Assembly: GCA_950097015.1 (NCBI GenBank)
Contig: CATNEN010000039.1
Coordinates: 14,012,001 to 14,076,000, forward strand
Direction: 5' to 3'
Origin: Macrostomum hystrix
Lineage: Eukaryota > Animalia > Platyhelminthes
Length of the DNA stretch: 64,000 bases
The notes beneath the pieces are model-generated. The model worked only from the letters and a program-made list of their open reading frames with translations. It was not told where the DNA came from and searched no databases. A program made the position numbers and the translations under genes. Positions 12,783 to 24,954 of the stretch are shown piece after piece. Position 1 is the first letter of the stretch. The number at the start of each line of letters is the position of its first letter.

Positions 12783-15700
12783 CATGGACTTCTATAAATA
12801 GAAACCTGGCTGGAAAGAAAATTTCAGAGGTTGATTTTTTCTACGGAAGGAGGCCATTGGTTTCAAGCGGAGAGGAGGCCATTAGTCTTCCATTAGTACA
12901 AAAGGAGACCTTTTGTCTTTATAGACGCCGAAACCGCTCAACCAAATCGCACCAAACTTTGCACATACCTAAAACCACCTACGCTGAGTGCAATAGGCTA
13001 CTCAAATTCCCGAAAAATCATTTCCTTCCTGCTCAAAAGTGCAAAAAACTGCTCAAAAATCGTCAAAAAAATCACTCAATTCGACATATCGTCGCCCCAC
13101 TTTGTCAGATTTTCTCCAAATTTGATCCACTTACACTTTACATGTTTTCCAACAATGCTGTCAATTTTGAACATCTCTACTCAATCCAGAGCAACGCTGC
13201 ATCATCTCAAAGTGAGTCACTTTTTGTTTTCCGAGGACAGCCACCCCAACTCCCCTCCGCCACTCTGCGGGCCAAATTTTATTACAGCCACCCCCTCCCT
13301 TCCCCGGGCGCCGAAGCCCCAGACTGTACATTGTATTTCAAGCCGTGAATGTACACAGCCCAAACCCCTAGACTGTGTACTGGCCCCCAAGCAGCACTGA
13401 GACTGAGTGCGGTGAGTGCGGTGGCGTCCCAGTGCGCAGGGCTCTCCGGTCGATATTTCTCTCCAGCCAGCCTGGGATAGAAGAAAGAGAGCATCTAACG
13501 GCCGCGGGCTAGCCGACACTTCCACTAGTTATTTCTATATAACCGGGAACTAGAGACTTCATACTCGTATTTCAATTTTCAAAGGACTCACTTAGCATAT
13601 TCCAAGTTCGACAAAAGTTCTGCAAGTTTAGCTATGGTTTTCAAGTGTTCTGCTTACGGCTGTAAAAGTGGCTACTCTAACAGTGAAACACCCGACACTG
13701 TGAGTTTCCATGCATACCCTCTGAAAAACCCAAGTCTTCTTGAAAAATGGAAGAGGGCAAATCCTATAATGGATTTCGAACCGAGCAAGCACTCCCGTAT
13801 TTGTTCGCTTCACTTTGCTCCCGAAGACTTCGTGGAAGCAACGCGGGACACTAATAACTACCGCAAGAAGGACAATGGTGGCCTGCTGAAGAGACGTTAC
13901 CTAATGCCGGAAGCAGTGCCAAGCATCTTTCTGAATGCACCGGTTTACCTGTCCACTAAACCGAAAGAAGCCCGCAGCACATGCGCTGCATCAGCATCTG
14001 CACGCATGGAAAACGACAATTCACGTCTGCAGGATCAAATTAAGGACTTCTTTGCCTCCGATTCCATCACTGACGTCTCTTTGGAAAAGATCCAGGAGCT
14101 GCTTCACTCTGAGAAGAGTCGACCAGCTGGCTTTAATATAAGCATTTGCTATGAACAACTATGCATTTATATGCTAGAAAGGAAGCAAGTTTGTCGGGTT
14201 GCGTGCTCCATCGACATCGGATCAGACAAAACTGTCGCGATTGGCTTGCATGGCAAGGCACTGACGAAGGAAAAGATCAAGGATTTGGTTGGAAAGGATG
14301 GTCAGGTGTCTAGTTTGAGTGACATTCTTAATTTGATGGCACGAGTGAAGAACCTAAAGGAAGATATGGAGAAGTCAGCATCCGATATTCCTGTGGAGAT
14401 GTCTCAGAAGCAGTCCGATTTCTTCCTGGACATGGCTGAGGACAACCTGACAAGCGCTCTGCAGTGGCAGGAAAACCGATCAGTGGCTTTCTTGCGAGAA
14501 CAACTCAAGCTGACTCGAAAGCCAAAGTCCGGCAGGACCTACTCCCAACAGCTGATTATCTTCTGTTATGTTATCTACTCTCTAAGTGCTGCTGCCTATG
14601 GAGCTCTCCGTCAGCAAGACATTCTGAACATTCCATCGGAGCGGACTTTGCGAACGATTACCAGAAAGGTCGGGAAGGATGGACTGGGCCCACAAAGTTA
14701 CCTTAGCTTGCGAGCATCAAAGCTCAGCCAGATGGAGAAGGTTGTCGTGTTAATGATTGACGAGATCTACGTTGCCAATCGCATCGAGTACTGTGCAGGA
14801 CAGATGAGCGGATTGAATGATAATGGATCAATGGTGTCAACATTTTGCTGCTTCATGATAAGATCCGTTGCGGGCAAATACAGAGACATGGTGTCAATGC
14901 ATCCAGTATCAACACTGACGGCGCACAAGCTTTACGATTGGTTCGAGGATGCCATGGAAGCTCTAAGATCCCAGAACTTTTCCGTGATTGCTGTCTCCGT
15001 GGACAATGCGCCCGTGAACAGAAAATTTGTGAAAGACTTTCTATGCCAAGGAACGCTGAGGCCATCTATCACTGATGAAAACACAGGGCAACCAATTTTC
15101 ATCCTTTTTGATCCCGTCCATAATATCAAGAATATTTACAACAATTTTCAAGCCAGGAAGATCTTCCAGTGCCCACGTGTTTCCACCAATATTGAGTCTG
15201 CCTTGCAATGCCAGTTTCGATCATATTGGAGAACTGTTCCACTTGGAAGCCAAGAAGCCATTGAGACTGGCCCACAAACTAAATTCTGCTGTGCTATGCC
15301 CACGGAGCATTGAAAAGTCTTCTGTAAAGCTTGCAATGTCAGTATTCTGTGAATCCACCCACAATGCGCTATTGTACTACACACAGCACGCAGGGAAGAG
15401 TTGGTGTGATACAGCAACCTTTGTCGGCGTTGTTCTCAAGCTGTGGAAAATTCTCAACGTTAAGACACCGTCAAAGGGGATTCACAAGAGGGACATAGCC
15501 CAGGATCCGGTGCGCTCATCGCTGGACTGGAAGCTTCAGTTTCTGGAAGATTTCGCACGGTTTCTGGAGGTGAGCTCCATCCTATCTTATTTGCCTTATT
15601 GCATTCGCCTCCTAGTTCCAGAAAAAGTTATCTATTTTTTAGTAATAAGCTATACTCGTACTTTAGGTACTTTATTATATTGCATAATTTTTATAAAATC

Positions 15701-17369
15701 CTGTGCTGATAGATCATAAAAATATTTCAAACTATAAAGAATGGCTAACTGGACTATAACTATTAGAAAAAATGAAGAAGACAAAATCACTAAACCATAC
15801 AAACGAAATAATTACTTGTATACATTTTTGTACCCACTATCATCTCACAGAGCTGGGAGTCCTCCGGTCAGCGAGGCTTGTCAAGAGAGACCTTTCTTGC
15901 TTGCCAAATCACGTGCCGTGCCATCGCCGCGTGTGCAAGGCATCTGCTGGACCACGAAGGGTTTGCGTATATTCTCCTCGGCTCGCTGCAATCCGACAGC
16001 ATCGAGAGGCGGTTTGGATGGCTGCGCCAGATGTCCGGAGCTAATTACTATATATCTGCTCGGCAGCTGACGGAGAACAGTCGCAAGATCGCAGTCATCA
16101 GCTTGCTAAAGTTTTCGGAGCTCACGCTTCAGGATATCGACGATGCCATCGAGTCCAACCTGGGCAGTCGGGATCAATGTATTGAGCTTGCTCGAGAGAT
16201 TGCCAGAAAAATGGAGATGAGTATTCAGCCTCCAAGCTCAGATATCACCGTCATCTACTATGTAAGTGGCGCCATCGCAAGGAAGCTTGTTTTAAAAAGG
16301 CGTGGGTGCGAGGCATGTCGTGAAATTCTCATCGAGTCCGATATCCTGCCGCCCCTGGAAGTTGATGGCTGCGTTCAGCCAACTGCCGCCGCCTTTCTAG
16401 ATGAGGTTAATCGTGGAGGCTTGAGTAAGCCAACAGAAGTCGTCTTTGAGCTAGCGAAGCACTGTTGGCAGGCATTCGAGGAAATCCGCCGAAATGAAGA
16501 GCTTCTTCGCAGCATGCTGAGCGCTTCCAATCAAGTGCTGCTATTCTGCAACGTGGTCGATGAACTGATGGATGACAGTCAATTTCTGGAGGTTTTCATG
16601 GGCAATACTATGTGCACCAAGGGCCATGATATCAAGGAGGGCGTAGTGAAATCGTTTTTCAACTGCCTCATGAAAAACCTGGCGAAGGATCTTTCCATGC
16701 ATGGAAGTGACAGTCGCAAGCGAAAGATCGCAAAACTGACTGGCGGCGTGAACGGCAATTAGCCTTTTTCTGACAGTGATTTATTTTTCTGCTTGGACAA
16801 TCATTTCTCAGTTTTGGGTAAAGAAGACTAGAATATTCTGTAGAACTACATTTTTTTCCAAAGAGAAAATAACCAATTAATACTGCCAGAAAGTGAAATA
16901 CTAAGTCATGATCATAGAAGCCACCTGCCCCAGACACCTAGATCTTAATTTTCTCAATTGACTTGTGTCCGAATTCTTTTGTATACTTTGTCGCTTTGCT
17001 TTTAATGCCGCATCTAGCTTTCTGTTTAAAAAAATCGTGGCTTTTTGCAGTGTCTAGCAAAATGAACTTAAATTTTAATGCTGAAAATCACGACATTTTC
17101 GAATTTAATTGTTCACCCCCGCTCTTCATGTTTCAAAAGCACTGTGAAATACAGGTTTCATTGCAACGTTAGGTTAGGTTCAATTTCTGACTGCTCATAT
17201 TTTACTCTTTAGAGTTCCGATCTTATAATTTAGAGCCGCATTTAGACAAATACGTTACAAAACAAAGCGTTAAAATAATGCAAACACGGCATTGTCGGTA
17301 AGGTTGGCCTCCTTTTGTAGAAGGCCAGGGGAGCCTTCCAGTCCAGGTTTCTATTTATAGAAGTCCATG
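12783..17369 (+). mobile_element. Full-length P-superfamily (THAP9/Galileo-like) DNA transposon
   Basis: Perfect 27-bp TIR CATGGACTTCTATAAATAGAAACCTGG at both ends; 7-bp TSD AGTGACC; encodes a THAP transposase. Confidence 0.93.
13634..16762 (+). pseudogene. THAP-domain P-element-type transposase; exons 13634-15569 and 15851-16762, one frameshift near 15175
   Basis: N-terminal THAP zinc finger (CSAYGC...W...CSLHF...AVP); motifs MIDEIY, VSVDN, FDPVHNIKN, QSDSIERRFG; phase-0 intron gtgagc...ctcacag; one extra base at TGCCCACGTGTTT shifts the frame. Confidence 0.88.
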
Positions 17370-18834
17370 AGTGACCCTTCTCCTCCCCTCTCGCCTGTCT
17401 TCGCGCGTGAGAACTGAAGGTCTATAAGCGACAATAGCTATAGCGAGAAAACTAAATAAGTGTAGTTTCTGTTCTTTTGACTGAAGAGTTCACGTGAGGC
17501 TACTCACGAAGATAGACAGTTATCTAAAGTTAGTTAGTCTCTTGCTGCGAAGACTTGATTCTTTGATTACCCGTCGAGCCTGTGAGTAAACTTCAGCATC
17601 CGACTGTGTCACTCTAAATAGAGACGAAGCACGCCACGACTTCGGCAACCGGTAAGCAACGTCTTTGAGTTAGTCCTTTCCTCGGGAGCTGTCAGACTCG
17701 CCTCAGTTAGGAGCTGCGTGCCAGAGCGTCATCACGCCGGTAGTTAAGTGTGGCTGTGTGCTCATTTCGGTATATCACTATACTCTTACTAATACTTATT
17801 AGTAGTACGGACTATAGAAGCGCTAGTGAGTGTCACTGCACCACTTGCCGCAGCGCAAAGTCTGAGCGCCATAGCGCCAGGCCTAGCAACTCTTATCGCA
17901 GGGCATCACAACGCCTGCCCGTAAACATAGTCACACGAGGCAGAGCGTCACAACGCCTGTCGAGTACCATTCACCCTAATAGTACCACGGGCTGGGAACC
18001 CAACCGTCCCGTAGTCACTACAAATGTAAAAATAAATAGAAATAAAATAAGCCAAGTTGTACAGCCTCAGCTATTGCGTGGTACGTACAAGGCTTGTGCA
18101 CATCTGTTCAGTACGTCGAATAGGCAGAATGCCACAACCAACAAATGTTCTATCCCAGCTGATGCTGCTACCTATTTTACAACTGTATGAACTAAAGCAA
18201 TTATAGATTACTTGTCTAAATCAATGAAAAAATATGTTTCCCTTAACCTGAGATTCAGTCAAAAACCCGAAGCTTTGACATGGAAGAACAATAAAACTGG
18301 ATTGTTTATAAAATATCGCTTTTTAGGTCCGAGCCATAGACAAGAATGGACCAGAATAGGAAATTCTGAGCTTCTTGTGTTGCTGGTGGTTGTCTATGGC
18401 TTTGGGGTTCTATGGCCAAAACTGCCGTTTCAGTCTAGTCATTTGGAATTCTGGGAGCACAAGTCTCATACCACCAAAGATGTAACCCCCACTTGCACTA
18501 GACAATAAGTCTATGGTCAAGTTTTGAATGTCATTTCTTCCAACGGTGCAATAAATGATAAATTTGCACCGCATCGGCACTTATTTGTACGTACAAATGT
18601 GTACCGTGTACCGTCGTCAACAAGCGTCTTTTTTAAGTAATAGATATCGTATTTCTCATTCATACATATACCCTATATTTTATTCCTAGCCTGTGCTAGG
18701 ATGCTTGGAACAAGTGCAAACGTTGCTTAGCATAACCCTCCACATACATGCTGACTGATGATATGGTACTGTACAAGGTACAAGCGTACACTTTGTGTGC
18801 TTTAATATAAAAAATTTATATTAATAATATTATG

Positions 18835-19075
18835 CAGGGGGCAATTCTGCCCATTTCGCTGACTCCTGAGCACACACGCACACATGTGTGTACATCTGCC
18901 CTGACTTTATAGTCGTCAGGCAGTGTACACTCTTGCTGTGCCTTGGACGTTGGCACTCAAGGGCGATATTACACAAGCTCACAAGCCTCTCTTCGAAACG
19001 AATGAGGCTTCGTCGCGAAATCGAGCTCAAGTACCTTTGCGCGAGATGCAAACGCGTTAAACACTCTGCAACGAT
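18835..19075 (-). mobile_element. tRNA-derived SINE family 1 copy
   Basis: Homologous to the TSD-flanked copy at 62582-62954. Confidence 0.8.
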
Positions 19076-19196
19076 TTGCCACTCCTCTTGGAAATTACTC
19101 TCTTAAAAATAAAGTCTGCTTTAAACTAATCAAATCTTTCAGGCTATCATCAACAAAGAAGAATATTTATAGCCCCTTATTTTGTAGATATTTCAC

Positions 19197-19898
19197 CTGC
19201 GCTTCGCTGAGTAGAAAATTCTGACAGAAGTAGAGCGTATCCGAATAGGGGTGCGAATTGTAGCAAATCTCAATCAGCATCACAATCATCCAGCGACGCT
19301 GAATAAGCGCCATCCGGTCAGACAGGTCCAACTGGCTGAAACCAACCAGCTGTTTGGCCCAGTCGACCAGACTGGCCAAGAAGCCGTCGCACGTCAGCGT
19401 CACCGAGCGAATCACCCGCTCTTCCAGCGCCAGCGCTTCAAGGCCAGATAGGTCAATGCTGTACTGCGCGATCTGGGCTACGAGCTCTTCAGTGTTATCG
19501 GCATCGACGCGTACGTTTTCAGCATCGACCTGGCGAGAGCCAGCGGCAGCCGGAGCTATAATGGCAGCCTGATCGTCGCCTAAGCACTCGCCCAGCGATC
19601 TAACTAGCTGCGGTCGCATTCCAACGCGGAGGCATTTGCGAAATCTGCAGTAGCCGCAGGCTCGTGTGCGCTCAGACACCAGGGCACAATGGCGCGCCAT
19701 TCGCATGCAGGCGTAGGCTAGCGAATGCTGCACTGTGCGCTTAAAAAACGATTTGCAAGCGTGGCAAGTGACGGCGCCGTAGTGACAGCCAGCCGGTCTA
19801 TCGCAGCCGCACACGGAGCAAAATGAGGCCGAGTCATTAGTCAGCTCGACTGGCTGCTTGACCGACTCGGGTCGCTTGGGTTCCCGCTGCTTAGGCTG
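19197..19898 (-). CDS. Nuclear receptor (ERR/NR3-like): C4 zinc-finger DBD plus N-terminal half of the LBD
   Basis: ttttcag|QPKQREP...CSVCGCDRPAGCHYGAVTCHACKSFFKRTVQ...CGYCRFRKCLRVGM; LBD signature WAKQLVGFSQLDLSDRMALI...W; NSHPYSDTLYF resembles ERR RSLPYDDKLVY; donor gtgaaa at 19196. Confidence 0.92.
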
Positions 19899-19970
19899 CT
19901 GAAAATTGACGAGATTGATATTTCAGTTAAAATACCAAATTCAAAATCCCTGGTATTCAAAATCCCAAGT

Positions 19971-20226
19971 GAGGAGGCAATTCTGCCCGTATCGCTGACT
20001 CCTGAGCACACACGCACACAGATACCGTACACAGGCACCCGCTCACACAGGTGTGTACATCTGCGTCAGTGTACATTTGCAGTGCTTTCACCGCGCTTTG
20101 AAGGTTGGCCCTCAGGGCATAAATTGCACGACAAGCCCCCAGGCCTTCTCTCTGCAACTGCACCCGAAATGAATGTGGCCTCACCTGCACGGAATCGAGC
20201 TTGGACCTTGGTGCGAGAGGCAAACA
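19971..20226 (-). mobile_element. tRNA-derived SINE family 1 copy
   Basis: Same body and B-box region as the other family 1 copies. Confidence 0.8.
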
Positions 20227-20344
20227 ATAGTTATAATGTTCTTAATATAACAATATAATTATTGTTTATTACCACATAATTTAATTTTTTAAGTTTAAAA
20301 TGCAATAATATTAACGCGCTTTGGGCTCATGATTTTAAAGTAAG

Positions 20345-20455
20345 GAGTTCGATTCCTGACTCCAACTGGAGTCTTTTAGCAAGACATGGGTACCAGTATT
20401 AGCTGGGGTAATTAAGGTTGGGTGCGGCGCCCCCCAGTCCATGGACTGAACAGAA
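20345..20455 (+). mobile_element. tRNA-derived SINE family 2, deleted copy
   Basis: GGAGTTCGATTCCTGACTCC B box and ATGGGTACCAGTATTAGCTGGGGTAATT...CCCCAGTCCATGGACTGAAC, shared with 61774-61955. Confidence 0.7.
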
Positions 20456-20935
20456 GTCACAGAACTGAACAACAGCTTAGGCTGTGCTATCGGCTTCACA
20501 TCAGGCTCAATAGGGGCAGGTGTAATAAAATAAAAAGTCACTAAACAAACTGCCTGACAAAATATTCGGTTTTTAGTGATCTAAAAAAATCTTAGAGCGC
20601 TTAACATAGCATCTGAGATTAAAATTATGGACCTGAAGACATTCAATATTAGCGTAAAAATAGAATTATAGCTATTATATTTGTTTAGGCGAGCAGATAA
20701 GCTAATTCTGAATAAAGCACATATTAGAGTTTGGGCTACTGGTGCCCAATCAGAGCGGTTCTAAATTATAAAACCACTTCAGATGCAGCTGAAGTGATTA
20801 TGTCAATGGGCATAATAAAAAACAACAAACAACAGGTTTGTATGAATTTTACTGGCTGCCAAATGCACTGAAGATACTTTTGCTGACAAAGAATTCTTAT
20901 TCTTGTAAAAGTATAAACCTTAAAGCTTGTGAAAA

Positions 20936-21275
20936 CTAGCTGTTGTGCTGTAGTGCCGACATCTCGCCGGCAGTCTTTAGCGTTGGAGCTGCAGCCGGGC
21001 TATTGTCAGACTGATTAGAAGCTGGGCCTAGTTCGCAGCAGCTCTGCCGCACGCTGCGAAATTTGGCGCAACAATCAACCAGATTTTGCACTGCCGAGCG
21101 GCACTCCTCAGGATTGTAGTTGTGACCTGAGTTGTTTTATCGTGTTTATTATTAAATCATAAAAAATGTAATAAGTTAACTTAACTTAATCTCAAGCAGT
21201 GTGTACAGATAGGCTTAAATACTTACGCGACAGGCAATCCTGAATTGCGCAGGCAAACTTTTGACAGGGAGCAGC
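20936..21275 (-). CDS. CMC4: CMC4 / p8-MTCP1-like twin Cx9C mitochondrial protein; exons 21275-21227 and 21126-20936; no genomic ATG found
   Basis: Spliced product AAPCQKFACAIQDCLSRHNYNPEECRSAVQNLVDCCAKFRSVRQSCC...HNS* follows the human CMC4 pattern DPCQKQACEIQKCL...Y....C......L..CC. 100-bp intron gtaagt...ctcag, phase 1. Confidence 0.88.
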
Positions 21276-22478
21276 CTGCAAGGATAAATTAAAAGAAAAA
21301 CACTTTTTGCTGCACTTAAATAGTGTATTTTTTACAGAATCTTTCAGAATTTAAGAGCACACTATTGATAGTTTAAATGTCTTTTAGTTTGAGAATATAA
21401 GAATAAGGACTGGGATCTAAGCCCAGTAGGTTCAAGAATTGGATATTTTACTGAGAGTTCCGGAGTTCGATTCCTGACTCCAATTTTCCTTGAGCATGAT
21501 AGCAGTCAGCTGACAAATGCTGACCTGTGGGCCCTATGACTCAGTCCCCATTGCATTCTGGCTGTAGAATGACCATAGCCATCAAGTGTTGAGCAATCGC
21601 TAGCTCATTATTTTAGTATTGCTAATTAAATATAGCCTAGCCAAATATTTTAAAGTGCTACTTATTTTCAAAGGATAAGTGATTTTAATGCATATTTCTA
21701 GTACCTGTAGCAGGAATGCTTTAAATCTATAATTTTAGCATAAATGAAATTGGTGCAGGTGATTGTTTCTTCAATTGCAAATTTCTTAGATCTTGTAACT
21801 AAAAAACAGCAATCAACATGCCCAGTGTGCCAAGCATAGAGTTTTTTATTCAAGGTCGGAGTGAATTTTTATCTACTAGAGCACCTAATGAAGACTGGTT
21901 AGTTAATTCATATGAGCCTTAAAATTTAATACTGTTGATGCCAAGTAGAACATATACTTCAGTTCAAAAGAAGTGATAGAATAGAGAAGTTACTTATAAT
22001 ATGGATTATAGACACTATGGAATAGTGTGAAGATGTTTATAAAACCATTATTTCATTAGTTCAATATTAGCTAAACTTTATGAAAAATAGCTAAAAATCA
22101 CAAAGTCATAAATATAAAATAAATAGTTTTTGTATGTGAAAATAGCTAAAATGATAAAAAGAAATAAAACTATAGTACGTCTCTTATCTGTGTGAAATAT
22201 AAATATCACAAACTATGAAGTATTAGAATAAGATAAGCAAGTTCATAAGTCTCAATAAAGTGCCTAACAGTGAGAAGTTACATATATTCAAACTGTTTAT
22301 CTTTTAGATGAGTTTGATTGCAGATTTACTGAAATCCTGGTACAAAGAAAAAATCTAAAGATTTAGCAATTTAGTCTGCTTTGCTAAAAAGTAGACTTAC
22401 TTATGCTACTAAGTATGCTAAAAAGTAGACTCGCTAGTTTATCTAAGAGTAATATTTTGAAGAATGGACTAGCTTGAT

Positions 22479-22850
22479 CATACATGCCCAACTTCAAAAT
22501 TTCACCCATCCAGTGTGACTCACTTTTTGTCCAGATTTTCGACTTAGTTCTTCCCGATTGTGACTTATTTCCCCCAATTGTGACTTAGTTCTTCCCGATT
22601 GCAACTTACTTCCTCCCAATTGCAACCTAATTTTCAATTTGTGTATGAATTTTCTTGCCTTTTTCTCTTTTCTTCTCTTTCCTCTTTCCTCTTTCCCCCT
22701 CTCTTTTTTTCTCCCTCTTTTCTTTTCTCTTTCTCTTCCTCTTCTTTCTTTCTTCCCCCAATTTTAGTTTTTTGCCTTTTCGATTTTGCGACTTACCTTG
22801 GCAGGCAGCCTTTTCACCTGTCCAGTTTGGACGGGTGTTGGGCATGTATG
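22479..22850. mobile_element. hAT-type MITE
   Basis: 14-bp TIR CATACATGCCCAAC / GTTGGGCATGTATG; perfect 8-bp TSD AGCTTGAT; pyrimidine-rich interior. Confidence 0.9.
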
Positions 22851-24004
22851 AGCTTGATTACAATAAACAATAAATTCCACAGACTCTTTAGTATATTAGA
22901 AGGTAACACTTATAGTTTCAAGAAAACAAATGAATTTCTAATCAAAATTCAGTTTTTTCTACCATTCCGACCAGAAAAGTATCTATCCATATAAATAAAA
23001 GAATAGCAATAGTCTAAATTCATTTCACTTAAGGAACAAATTGTATCGCTTTGCTTCACCGATAAAATAAAAGGTCACGTCCGACTTAAAATTTCAAAAA
23101 AAGACTAGGTAAAAACAGCGAAATGCCAGTCGTGATAAAGATTTCGGATTGCTAACGTAATGTAAACAGTTTATCTAGATACAATAAAACAGAAAAATAT
23201 TCAACTGTCATTTCAGTTTATAACGCCGTGCTTTAAAAGTCAAGCAGCAGTTCTATTCTATGATAGTTCTTAGAAATAAAATATGTTGGAGACAAGAATT
23301 CAAACTTGCGCGAAAAATGTTTTCGCTAAATATTTTAACAATTGAACTATAGCAAAGTTATAAGAAATTTCGAGATTCTAGCATACGAACGCCAGCGAAG
23401 CAGTCCGAAAGAAAACTTTCACTTCTTATGAATTTTATTACTCTGTGTTTAATCTTACTACATACGAGCTACATGTACCACTACCGCTTAATTCTTGGCA
23501 GAAATTTATTAAAGGCAGATTTTCACGGAAAATGCAGTAGCGAGATAGAAACTTTTCACGTATTTTTCACATTAAAATGTTGTTCTTGTTTATTTTGGAT
23601 GCAGATCTAACGCTGCTTTTAATATGTCTAGCGAAATGTGTTGCTTTAATTCGAATTTTAAAAGCTTCATTTATGAAAAATTTATATTCATTCTATTTTC
23701 GTTTATTTATCATTTATCTTTCTAAATCTCCTAATAATCCTAGAAATTTGTTAAAAAGTTTTTTATTAAAGCATAAAAAACAAACAACACATTTATAAAC
23801 AAAGCAACGAATTTACTGCGTTAGTTAAGCATTTTTAACGCTACTTTGGTACTGATTTGATGAAACTCAAATTGGCAAGCCAACGCGTAGATAAATGGCA
23901 TATGTGAATGTACAATTGGCAATTACACGAGCGGCAAGGACACAGAGTTAACCGATGGGATTACAGAACAAATGGGTGGGAACAGATCGGATCGCGGATC
24001 CCTG

Positions 24005-24075
<71 letters not shown>

Positions 24076-24084
24076 GATAGACAG
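24005..24084. repeat. (GACA)n microsatellite
   Basis: About 17 direct GACA units. Confidence 0.97.
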
Positions 24085-24297
24085 CGAGGCAGGTAATCTT
24101 ACTGTGCGCGATGGAACACAAGGAACGCAACAGGAGGGCAAGGCAAACTATTCAATAAATAAGCTTTGAGTAGATTAAAGTTCAGAGTGGACTAAATTTT
24201 TTATTTATATACTAAAATATACACTATCCCATACGACACCCAAAATGACACTGAGACGTAAGAGTCAAAGTGACGTCTAGAGCAAAAATATTTTTTA

Positions 24298-24626
24298 TTC
24301 AATTAGACTAGTCCTAGATTCAATTAGACTAAGTCCTAGATTCAATTAGACTAGTCCTAGATTCAATTAGACTAGTCCTAGATTCAATTAGACTAGTCCT
24401 AGATTCAATTAGACTAGTCCTAGATTCAATTAGACTAAGTCCTAGATTCAATTAGACTAGTCCTAGATTCAATTAGACTAGTCCTAGATTCAATTAGACT
24501 AGTCCTAGATTCAATTAGACTAGTCCTAGATTCAATTAGACTAGTCCTAGATTCAATTAGACTAGTCCTAGATTCAATTAGACTAGTCCTAGATTCAATT
24601 AGACTAGTCATAGATTCAATTAGACT
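24298..24626. repeat. 21-bp minisatellite (CAATTAGACTAGTCCTAGATT)n immediately 3' of the MPPED-like stop codon
   Basis: About 15 tandem copies. Confidence 0.95.
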
Positions 24627-24627
24627 G

Positions 24628-24853
24628 TTAGAAGCCTGGCCTGGTCCTGGACAGCTCGGTGATTCTCGGCGCGCTTTCGTCGGCGTAGAAATCGAAGACC
24701 CCGCGGCGGCAGGCCTGCCCGTTGCCAGCATGGCCGTTGGAGAATATCACATTGTCCTTGAATTTCACGCAGTTCTCCGCTGAACCTGTCTGATGACCCG
24801 GGGAGCAGCGGCTGCCTCGACGGAGTCGCCTGCCGTATAGAAACAGCTTTGGC
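24628..24853 (-). CDS. MPPED-like metallophosphoesterase-fold protein, exon 4 (last)
   Basis: ccgcag|(R)PKLFLYGRRL...VIFSNG...VFDFY...RPGF*; corresponds to MPPED RPKLHVFGHIH...FINAS...VFD; phase 2 fits exon 3. Confidence 0.75.
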
Positions 24854-24954
24854 CTGCGGGCGAGGTGGTGACCTGGCTCTGAAGACTGCTTCTTCTAAGA
24901 AATCATCTTTATCTTCCCCCCTCCTATCCTCCTTCGTCCTTCCTATCTGCACTC

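Larger units (their letters stand above)
12457..18022. mobile_element. Solo LTR (~970 bp net), split by the THAP/P transposon
   Basis: Begins TGTAGTG, ends CACTACA (perfect 7-bp inverted termini); flanked on both sides by 4-bp TSD AATG. Confidence 0.75.

Noticed and set aside
12752-13525. 198-aa and overlapping ORFs upstream of the transposase
   Set aside because: They cross the TIR boundary or lie in the element's 5' non-coding region; no motifs.
22797-22845. ATG-containing first exon for CMC4 or the receptor (MPNTRPNW...|gtaagt)
   Set aside because: Phase 1, incompatible with the phase-0 acceptors, and it lies within a TSD-flanked MITE.
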